A stretch of 64,000 nt of DNA from Eledone cirrhosa (lineage: Eukaryota): positions 414,656,001 through 414,720,000 of the forward strand of contig OZ024740.1 of NCBI GenBank assembly GCA_964016885.1, written 5' to 3'. Within the stretch, counting starts at the first letter, position 1; each line of letters begins with the position of its first letter. The notes under the pieces are model-generated. The model saw nothing but the letters and a program-made list of their open reading frames with translations. It was not told where the DNA came from and ran no database searches. The position numbers and the translations under genes are program-made. Shown in pieces: positions 53,666 to 64,000 of this stretch.

Positions 53666-55640
53666 TCACCATCATCATCATCATTTTTACATCCGCTTTT
53701 CCATGCTTGCATGGGTTGGACAGGCGCTTCTCACCACAGCATCTCTCACATTTACATTACACATCCAACGAAACATGGTTGCTTTATTTCTCTCCAGTCT
53801 ACACGTCTTCTGCAGTCACAGCCTATGTTTCACTACCATGCAACATTGCACACCACACAGGCGCCATACAGCCTTCCTTTTGTACGTAGAGAGAAACCTC
53901 TTGTTGTAAGCAGTGGGAGTAGTTCACTAAACTTCTTCCATCCTATCCTTATTCTAGCTATTATACTCTCAGCGCACCCTCCTCCGCTGCTAATTACATC
54001 AACTAGATAGCAGAAGCTATCAACTACATCTATGGATCCTTCCTGTGACTGAAAAAGGTTTATATTAGCACTCTTCCTCTCGATTTCTCCTGTGCATCTC
54101 CTACATGCAAAGTTCTTCCTTCCTGTTAGTCTACTTGTTATCCCACGATTTACATTGTGTACATTGTATGAAGTTTATGCCTACTCTTTTTTGTATATTG
54201 AGCATGGCCACTTCCCTAAAGGAAATCTGTGTTCTATCTCCTCTCCTACTCATTAGCACTTTAGTTTTGGCTAAGTTTATTCTTAGGTTTTTTTTATTCC
54301 AAATTCAGTTTCCAAAATCAGAATTTATTTTCTAGCTCTTTTTTGGTTTCAGCTATAAGGACCAAATCATCTGCATAGAGAAGTTCCCGTGGGCAGTCCA
54401 TTTTAAACTCCTCTGTTATAGCCTGAAGAATTATGATGACTAGCAATGGGCTAAGAAGTGAACCTTGATGAGCTCCTACCTGTACCTTTAATTCCTCGCT
54501 AAACTCATTTCCTACTCTCACTTAACTGACAACTCCTCTGTACATAGCTTGCACTGTTCTCACAAGCCATTCTTCTACACCTAATTTCCTTAAGGACCAC
54601 CAGATAAAAGATTGAGCTACTTTGTTAAAGGCCTTCTCTAGATCAACAAAAGCTAAACATACTGGTTTATTTGGGGGTAGGAACTTCTCTTATAGGTGCC
54701 TCACTAAGAAGAGAGTATCTGTCGTACTTTTCCCAGGTATGGAATCAAATTGCATCTCATCTATTTTGACTCTTTCCCTCACTTTCATAACTTAGTCCAT
54801 TAGTTTTATTCCTCTATTGTTGCTCCTTTCTAGAACATCACCTTTGCCCTTGTAGCAATTTATAATTGTACTGCTGTACCAGTCGTTGGGTATGACTGTC
54901 ATGTATTACTTGATTTACTATATGGGTTACTAGTTTGACTCCTACCTCTCCTGATGCTTTTAGCATCTCAGCAACTATTTCTGATGGTCCTACAGCTTTA
55001 TCACACTTCATTTCCTTGATTGCATCTTTGACCCTAAAACTATCAACTTCAGTAGCTAGTCCTTCCTTTGTGGGTAGTTTCCCTGCCTCCCATTCCTTCG
55101 CTACATTTGTCAATCTCTCAGTAACATTTCCAGGCCTCTTTCTTTTGGGCCTCAGTGGTGCTAAGTGCACCAGTATCATTTCTAACACATTTTCCTCCAA
55201 CAACATCTCAATTCACACTAACACACAGCTTTGCAATATGGAACACTTCATGCCTCTGATCCTCACATCTCAAGACACTGGCAAGTTTACTTTCTTCAGC
55301 CTCTCTCCGAGCTGAGTATACCTGTTGCTTAGCTTCTTTCTTAGCTACTTGGTACTGGTCTCTGGCTATTCTAAAATGAATATCAGTCTCCTGATTTTTT
55401 TTTTCATAGCAAAAATGTTTTTTCCATAGCAAAAATGTGTTCTTTTCGCATACATTTCGTCCATCTTAAGAGAACGTCTTCACGTACTGCCATTCAGTCT
55501 TCCTGCTTTCTAAAGGCAATATTTGGTTGTAATCTTTTTTAAATATTTACTTCTGCGTCTACAGATTAATTTTTCTCAGTCTCAGAAGATACCGCTTGGG
55601 GTGAAAGCAGAAATTCTTTGCTAAAACTTTTAATCTGTAC
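53663..55640 (-). pseudogene. Decayed RTE LINE (RT region with stops and frameshifts), tail abutting (TA)n
   Basis: Fragments [42 protein letters not shown]; (cat)n tail. Confidence 0.88.
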
Positions 55641-55717
55641 TAATAATAAATATTTGTTCTATGGGTTTATACATAAGTATACATAAGTATATATAAACCC
55701 GTAAATCTATATATACT

Positions 55718-55757
<40 letters not shown>

Positions 55758-57202
55758 AATATACATAACTATATATAAACCCGTAGAGCAAATATTTATT
55801 ACTAACAGTGGTACCCGGCGTTGCACGGGATAAGGTATTTTGAAACGGGGGCTGCCAACAGACCTAATCATGGAAAAACTGCATGCCAGGACAATATCTA
55901 AAGAAAATAAACCGAATACTCTGATGGCTGGATAATCTTTAAGATTTTCCTCAATGAAGCAGGAAAAATGCAGGTTTTCACCTAATGCGGGCCCTAGGGG
56001 ATCAAGAAAATGAATTTTTTTATGTGCATAATATGCCTTGAAATTTCGGAAAAATCGGCTAGACGTAACGCCTCCAAAAAGCCCTAAGAAGCTGAAAAAA
56101 TGAAGTTTTTCACCTAATGCGGGCCCTAGGCCATAAAACAAGTTGGATTTTCTTTGCTCACAGTATGAAGAGACTGACTAATACGCAGTTACAATTTCAA
56201 GGAAATCGGTCTGACGTAACAACTAAAAAAAAACCTAAAAAGCTTAAAAAACGCAATTTTTCACCTAAAGAATTTTTTAGGTGCATAACACTCCCTGAAA
56301 CATAAGTAATACACATGTAAAGTTTGAAAAAAAATCGGGCTGGGTACTTCTCGAGTTTTAGGGATTCAAACTCAGACACATACACACACAGACAGACATC
56401 CTCAGGGAAGTGACGTAATGCAGACAGCGAAACATACAGACAGATATTATAAGGGTGCGACATTATATGTATGTATCTAAAAAGAGAAAGACTAAGAATT
56501 ATAGAGAGAGATCGCTAAATCGCCTAATGCGGTCTCTAGGGCATTGAAAATTTGAAATTGTTTTTGCTCAAAACATTCCCTGAAACATAAGTATTACATG
56601 TGTAAAGTTTGAAAAGAGTCGGTTGGGTGTTTCTCGAGTTTTAGGGATTCAAACTCACACACACACACACAGACATCCTCAGTTTTATATATATAGACTA
56701 GCAGAAAACCACCCGGTGGGCGGTTTTCTGCTAGCAAATCTAGTGTATATACTGATATTGTTGAGATTTGGATGAGAAATGTTTTCGGCACCACATGTTC
56801 ACCGTCTCTCCGTGTGTCTTTTATGCATGTATAAATATATATGTTATCTATACGGTGAAATCTTTGAAATAAATATATGTTAAAACGAAAAAGGAGAAAA
56901 AGAGATTAGTGACGGAAATATAAACGTTATGATACATATACGTTATGATATAACGATGGAAATATATCTTCAAATGGTCCTTGGCATGGTGTCAAGTCAG
57001 AACCGCCTCAAACTGGTTACTTCTGGCTTGTGCAAGGTGTCTCTATAGCAACCAGCGATTCCCTCGGCCTCAGTGACCAAAGTCAGTGGAGAGGGGAAGG
57101 TAATGTTTCTATAGCGACAGTGTTTCTCTTGGTAGTACCAAAGTGGAGAAAGGAAGGGGAAGGTAATATTTCTGTAGCACTTACATTTGAGTTTTAGGGA
57201 AG

Positions 57203-57252
<50 letters not shown>

Positions 57253-57270
57253 GAAATGCCCATATATTTC

Positions 57271-57301
<31 letters not shown>

Positions 57302-57451
57302 TACACACACAGAAATGTATATATATTTCTTAGAACAAAATTATTATTAATGTTTTGCTGTTCATAACAATTGGAATTGAAAAATTACTTTTGAAATTAT
57401 TAGTTATTTTACTAATGCTTAGATATGTAAAAATGAAGCAATGTTTCTAAT

Positions 57452-57640
57452 AATTGTTTCTACTTTTGGCACAAGGCCAGCAATTACTCAGTACATTACT
57501 GGTACTTTATTTTATCGACCCCGTGAGGATGAAAGGCAAAGTTAACCTCGGCGGTATTTGAACTCAGACCGTAAAGGGACGTAACTCCATGCTATGAAGC
57601 ATGGTGTTCGACTCTCTACAGATTCTGCCAATCCACCGCC
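57452..57640 (-). mobile_element. Nin-like SINE inside Helitron unit 2
   Basis: Family match; same flanks as 59828-60017. Confidence 0.88.
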
Positions 57641-59464
57641 CTAATGTCTGTACGTAATGAGGGAGTGAGAGGGGAGAGAAAGAAAGGCAGAGGTGAAGTG
57701 ACAAAGTGACTCTCTCCTCCTCCTCCTCCATCTCCCCATTTATCACAGCGATAGAGGGGAGGAATGTTAGTGTGTTACAAAGAGAAAGAGTGAGAATGAG
57801 AGAAACAGACAGACTAAAAGAGAGGGATAGCTGAAGAGAGAGGGAGATAGCAACCACGCGCGCACGTGTTTCCACTATCGGACAGACAGATAGAGAAATT
57901 GCTGGTTATATATTATAAGGAGACTTGAAAGTCAAGAAATGGTGACTGTCGCAAATAACAGAGGCAGACTCATTAGAGCCAATAGAATTTTCCCAAAAAT
58001 AATATGGGCCGAAGCCGAAAAAAATTTTCTTTGGCAGCTCTAATTGCGCCTTAATTTTATTCAAAAAATTATATACTAACATATTCGAATACCAGGCACT
58101 ATTGGAATCAACAATAGCAGCGTCCTGAGGGTCATTACAAAACACAAATTCGCGAGAATTAGTGTTTAAGGCTTGAAAGGTGGTAAAAAAAATCCACAAA
58201 ATATTCCATTCTTTTGAAAATAAAATTTATTTTTAATAATATTTAAATAACTGGAGGTTAGAAAAAAATATTCCTATGAAATTTTAATCATACCATTAGG
58301 TGTGAATAAGGAAATATTTTTTTATTGTCAAAACAAATGTTCAAAAGTTAAACTTCAATTTTTTTAATTATTTCCAATTTTTTCATGAAATTAAACACTG
58401 GACATTGGCTGCTGGAAATGGAAATTAAATCGTATTTAATTGTATTTAAATTTCTAACCTTATTTTATTATTTATATTTTTTCAATAAGAAATAAAAAAA
58501 ATAAAAAATAAAAAATTGAAGAAAAAAATTGAACAAATCAAACGTAGGTTATGGAACTGCGCAATCTGATTAATAAATTACCTCATCAGCAGCAACCTTC
58601 TTCAAATGGTCCTTATTATCAGCAGCAACAACCACAAATTCAATGGCAACCTTCTTCAAATGGTGTCAAGTCAGAACCGCCTCGAACTGGTTACTTCTGG
58701 CTTGTGCAAGGTGTCTCTATAGCAACCAGCGATTCCCTCGGCCTCAGTGACCAAAGTCAGTGGAGAGGGGAAGGTAATGTTTCTATAGCACGTGTTTTAG
58801 CGTCTATTCACTCTCTCTCTCTCCCGCTATCCCCCTCTCGTAGGCTGTCTCTTTCTTTCACTCTCTCTCTACGCACGTGTTTCCACTGTCGGACAGACAG
58901 ACAGAGAAATTGCTGGTTATATATATAAGTAGACTAGCAGAAAACCACCCGGTGGGCGGTTTGCTGCTAGAAAATCTAGTGTATATACTGATATTGTTGA
59001 GATTTGGATGAGAAATGTTTTCGGCACCACATGTTCACCGTCTCTCCGTGTCTTTTATGCATGTAGAAATATATATGTTATCTATACGGTGAAATCTTTG
59101 AAATAAATATATGTTAAAACGAAAAAGGAGAAAAAGAGATTAGTGACGGAAATATAAACGTTATGATACATATACGTTATGATATAACGATGGAAATATA
59201 TCTTCAAATGGTCCTTGGCATGGTGTCAAGTCAGAACCGCCTCAAACTGGTTACTTCTGGCTTGTGCAAAGTGTCTCTATAGCAACCAGCGATTCCCTCG
59301 GCCTCAGTGACCAAAGTCAGTGGAGAGGGGAAGGTAATGTTTCTATAGCGACAGTGTTTCTCTTGGTAGTACCAAAGTGGAGAAAGGAAGGGGAAGGTAA
59401 TATTTCTGTAGCACTTACATTTGAGTTTTAGGGAAGGACAGACAGACAGACAAACAGAGAAATG

Positions 59465-60318
59465 CCCATATATATATATATTACACACACAGAAATGTAT
59501 ATATATTTCTGTGTGTGTATATATATATATATATATATTACACACACAGAAATGTATATATATTTCTGTGTGTATATATATATTACACACACAGAAATGT
59601 ATATATATTTCTGTGTGTATATATATATATTACACACACAGAAATGTATATATATTTCTGTGTGTATATATATATATTACACACACAGAAATGTATATAT
59701 ATTTCTTAGAACAAAATTATTATTAATGTTTTGCTGTTCATAACAATTGGAATTGAAAAATTACTTTTGAAATTATTAGTTATTTTACTAATGCTTAGAT
59801 ATGTAAAAATGAAGCAATGTTTCTAATAATTGTTTCTACTTTTGGCACCAGGCCAGCAATTACCCAGTACATTACTGGTACTTTATTTTATCGACCCCGT
59901 GAGGATGAAAGGCAAAGTTAACCTCGGCGGTATTTGAACTCAGACCGTAAAGGGGCGTAACTCCATGCTATGAAGCATGGTGTCCGACTCTCTACAGATT
60001 CTGCCAATCCACCGCCCTAATGTCTGTACGTAATGAGGGAGTGAGAGTGAAGTGACGAAGTGACTCTCTCCTCCTCCTCCATCTCCCCATTCGTCACAGC
60101 GATAGAGAGGAGGAATGTTAGTGTGTTACAAAGAGAAAGAGTGAGAGAAACAGACAGACTAAAAGAGAGGGATAGCTGGAGAGAGAGAGAGATAGCAACA
60201 GATACAGTACAGTAGCTAAGGGATGTATATATATTTCTGTGTGTATATATATATACATTTCTGTGTGTGTAATATATATATATATATACATACACACACG
60301 GAAATATATATATATTTC

Positions 60319-60353
<35 letters not shown>

Positions 60354-60381
60354 TACACACACAGAAATGTATATATATTTC

Positions 60382-60418
<37 letters not shown>

Positions 60419-60500
60419 CACACACAGAAATGTATATATATTTCTGTGTGTATATATATATATATATATTACACACACACAGAAATGTATATATGTTTCT
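59465..60500. repeat. Palindromic minisatellite clusters (acacacagaaatgtatatatatttctgtgtgt) at 59465-59705 and 60222-60500
   Basis: Directly visible; only 1-2 units at the equivalent place in unit 2 (57260-57330). Confidence 0.9.
59828..60017 (-). mobile_element. Nin-like SINE inside Helitron unit 4
   Basis: Family match. Confidence 0.88.
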
Positions 60501-60879
60501 GTAGCACTCCTCAATTCCCCCCTCTCTCCCTCCCGCTATCCCCCTCTTGTAGTCTCTCTTTCTTTCACTCTCACTCTACGTGTCGCGTGCGCAAAAAACA
60601 TTCGCACGTGCGCACGTGTTTCCACTGTCGGACAGACAGACAGACAGAGAAATTGCTGGTTATATATTATAAGGAGATTAGTACAGATTATATACATATA
60701 TATATACACACACATACATACGTTCACATACATGTGTGTGTGTATTAATCATTAATACAAACACACACACATTAATGTGTGCATCCAACATTCTACTGAA
60801 CAATTTCTCATAAGGTTACAAGGTTTTCTTTTCATTTTTACTTAAATTAACAACCAAACAACCAAGGGGGTTGGAGATG

Positions 60880-61105
60880 GAGAGACAGGAAGAGTGTCAG
60901 AGGTAGAGAGAGATAGGGAGACAGAAAGAGTGTCAGAGGTAGATAGAGATAGGGAGACAGAAAGAGTGTCAGAGGTAGAGAGAGATAGGGAGACAGAAAG
61001 AGTGTCAGAGGTAGAGAGAGATAGGGAGACAGAAAGAGTGTCAGAGGTAGAGAGAAATAGGGAGACAGAAAGAGTGTCAGAGGTAGAGAGAAATAGGGAG
61101 AGAGA
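60880..61105. repeat. 36-bp minisatellite (gagtgtcagaggtagagagagatagggagacagaaa), ~6 copies
   Basis: Directly visible. Confidence 0.95.
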
Positions 61106-61299
61106 GCAAACACAATATCATTAGCTTTCTTTTTCTGAGACAATGTGGAATCTAGAACAAAACAAATTCCTTAGAAATTATCATTCAAAGTTGTAAATAC
61201 TGTGTTGTAGACTACCTACAGATTTTCTTGATTACAAGAGTTAAAAACAGAGATTACATCACCCTATATCTTCTACAAAGAAGCTAATCTTACTATATT

Positions 61300-61408
61300 A
61301 ATGACATTTACTTTATTATATAAATGACATTTACTTTATTATATAAATGACATTTACTTTATTATATAAATGACATTTACTTTATTATATAAATGACATT
61401 TACTTTAT
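61300..61408. repeat. 23-bp tandem repeat (atgacatttactttattatataa), ~4.7 copies
   Basis: Directly visible. Confidence 0.95.
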
Positions 61409-61556
61409 GAAAAACTAATTTAACATGGAGAAGAATTGAACTCTATCTATACAATCCCATTGAATTCACAGATCTGTTTATCATAATGTATGCATGTATG
61501 TATGTGTATGGGTGTATGTGGGTGTATGTGTGTGTGTGTGTGTATGCATTTATTAT

Positions 61557-61743
61557 AATTGTTTCTACTTTTGGCACAAGGCTAGCAATTATCCAGTGTA
61601 TTACTGGTACTTTATTTTATCGACCCCGAAAGGTTGAAAGGCAAAGTTAACCTCGGCAGGATTTGAACTCAGGCCATAAAGGGCCGTAACTCTTTGCTGC
61701 AAAACATGGCGTCCGACCATCTACCGATACTGCCAATCCAACC
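61557..61743 (-). mobile_element. Nin-like SINE
   Basis: Family match. Confidence 0.87.
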
Positions 61744-62749
61744 TATAATACATGTATGTATGTATGCATGTATGTGTGTAAGTTGTAGGCCACGGTTTGA
61801 CACCACATAACTGAAACACTATTCAGAGCATATCTTTTCAAGAAGGTCATCAGTTATGTGACTTTCTCAGGAATTTATTGTTTTCAGCTCCAGACAATAT
61901 TGTATACCCCCAAGCACTGCAACAGACATTCGTAAAAGTTACTGATTAGAAACATAATTCATTTAAAGTAATTATGTAAATTAGTACAGCATGTTTCCAG
62001 AGAAATTTAGAAAATGTAAGAATAATTTTTTTGTTTTTAGGTTTTACATTTTTTTTTTTTTTGCATACTTTGACGAAGCTCAACTTGAACCATCTTTTAG
62101 ATGTAAAAATGCAGAATGAATCAATATTGTCAATGAACTGAAGATCATCAGCATCTTTTTAAAGCAATTTATTCAAAATATAGTAAAGTTATGTGATTAT
62201 GTTTATTCCAGGTATAACTGCTAGTTCAAAGATAAATTATCATCTTCGATTTATTCATATTATATAAATTGGCAAAGCTCAAATACCATCAAGGACAACT
62301 TTTCCTTTCATCAATTCTCTTTCTATATCTGTCTCTCTCTCTTATGTTTGCTGCTGTCTTCTGCATGCAGGAAAGTGTGTGAAACTTTCATCACTAGCTG
62401 CTAACCAAGAATGCAATGAAACCAGTTGCTGTTGATTAGCCCCATGTCAGCCATGATCAAAAGCATTCCAGCTATGACCATACCAGCTTTTTATGTACCT
62501 ATGACTACATTTATCAATGTTTATATTAATCTAAAAAAAATGTTTTTTTCATTCTGAAGTTGCATTCTGAAGTTTCGGTGCTGGACTCATGATTTTAAAT
62601 TAATATTAACCATTGACTAAAATTGTCTTTTCCTGCCACATGATCATTTCAAATTTTCTGGTTAAGCTCACTGCATTAAATATGTTAAAACTAGCCTATT
62701 TCATGTCAGTCTGGAAGACAGGAACAAACTGAATTATCTTTTCCAATCA

Positions 62750-63234
62750 TATGGTGACCTAATTAGCAGTGGAGGAAGGTGCTTCATGAGCATAATAGCT
62801 AGCATAAGGATAGGATGGAAGAAGTTTAGTGAGCTACTCCCACTGTTGACAACAAAGGTTTCTCCTTACGTACAAAAGGACGACTGTATGATGCATGTGT
62901 ACAAAATGTGACACTGTATAGTAGTGAAACAAGAGAGAAGACTGAGTTGCTAAGGGCATGTGATGTGCATGGATGATGATCACTGCATGAAGAAGTGCCA
63001 GTAAATCCCAGTAGAATGCATGAAGAAGTGTCAGGAAATCCCAGTAGAAGGAAGCTGTAGTATAGGAAAACCAAGGTAGACCTAGGCAGAAGTGGTGAGA
63101 GCTGATTTCAAATTGCTGAGACTCTCAGAGAAGATGATGAAGGAACACGATGAGTGGAGGAATACTGTACTAAAAGGGACTCGTCCAACCCATGCAAGCA
63201 TAGAAAAATGGAGATAAAAATAATGATGATGATC
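62750..63234 (+). pseudogene. Decayed RTE 3' fragment with (GAT)n tail
   Basis: ggtgacctaattagcagtggagga...ggatggaagaagttt...aaaggtttctcc. Confidence 0.75.
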
Positions 63235-64000
63235 GTTACGGTTGGGATGCTCTAAATCAGAATGATGTAAATTATAGGTTGGCTTCATCAGGGTTCAAAA
63301 TAGGAGTAAACAACACCAACAGTCCAATTTCTCTCACTGAGTTTGAGCCAACTCAAGGATATGGTAACAGACACTGACTGAAGGTGTCCCACAATGGGAT
63401 TGCAGTTAGGATCCCATGAGCTTCTTAGCCATTCAACAATGCCTGTGCCCATAATTAACAACTTAATATATAATAAATAATATGACAAAAGCGTTTAAGA
63501 CAAATATTCTTTTGTCTTTAGATAACATGATAAACAATTAAACTATGTGTTGTGAATTAAACACATCTATTATAATGGTTCAAAGAAAATTGTTTTGAAG
63601 AGTATACACATATAATTAAATTCAAATGATTCATTTAAAATACTGTGAAGTTATAGTTTAAGCTGAAGAAACATTTCACCTACACTAACACTGATAGCAA
63701 TAAAACATAAAATATTGATTTCTTAGTAATGCACAAACCACAAAAATCAATATGACTAGTGCTTATCTCCAATTTACATAAGGGTTAAGTGAATGAGGTA
63801 TAAACCTCTGCAAAAGATAGGAAATTCTATCACAGTGTACTTTCCACCTGCAGAAAATACATTTCACACTGCACAGAAAAATCACTCATCAATTCCACAG
63901 GGCAGCCACAGCTTTCAGGAGCAAATCATCCCAAAGCACCTTCTTAAAGCAAGATGGAGGTAGCTATACATAGTTAAAGGTTCGGACCATAGATAGAGTG

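Larger units (their letters stand above)
55802..60677 (-). mobile_element. Head-to-tail array of four non-autonomous Helitron-like units (55802-56697, 56698-57923, 57924-58933, 58934-60677)
   Basis: Minus strand: 5' A|TC start at 60677; internal CTAG|TC junctions at 58934/58933 and 56698/56697; subterminal hairpins; final cccg-8-cggg hairpin then TTAG|T; (TGTC)n near the 5' ends. Confidence 0.78.

Noticed and set aside
63820-63960. Possible minus-strand host micro-exon (ttttctgcag acceptor)
   Set aside because: A single splice-like motif without a supportable donor, ORF or homology

Overview
This is a eukaryotic (animal) genomic window, AT-rich and almost entirely repeat-derived; no host exon could be supported. 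The SINE families and the (TA)n/(TACA) microsatellite load suggest a cephalopod (octopus-like) genome, which is an inference. Bases 1-19,100 are a cluster of retroelements, each abutting (TA)n-derived tracts. They comprise two convergent Penelope-like elements (PLEs) with variant minimal hammerhead ribozymes (HHRs), one retaining an RT-thumb/GIY-YIG ORF; a young CR1/L2-group LINE with an intact APE-RT ORF2; several RTE LINEs with a PHD-like finger inside the RT; and a 333-bp foldback carrying one HHR on each strand. The most interesting signal is in the CR1/L2-group LINE. ORF2 has no AUG upstream of its endonuclease motifs and overlaps the CCCH-zinc-finger ORF1 in the -1 frame. The overlap contains two in-frame slippery heptamers (U_UUU_UUA and A_AAA_AAC), suggesting retrovirus-style programmed -1 frameshifting in a non-LTR element. 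Bases 19,600-29,460 are a non-coding (ACC/AAC)-rich minisatellite with higher-order structure. Bases 29,500-64,000 hold SINEs, decayed RTE/RLE LINE fragments, TTAA MITEs and a 4.9-kb head-to-tail non-autonomous Helitron array carrying captured cargo. The long Y/I/M/H ORFs in the ORF track are microsatellite artefacts.
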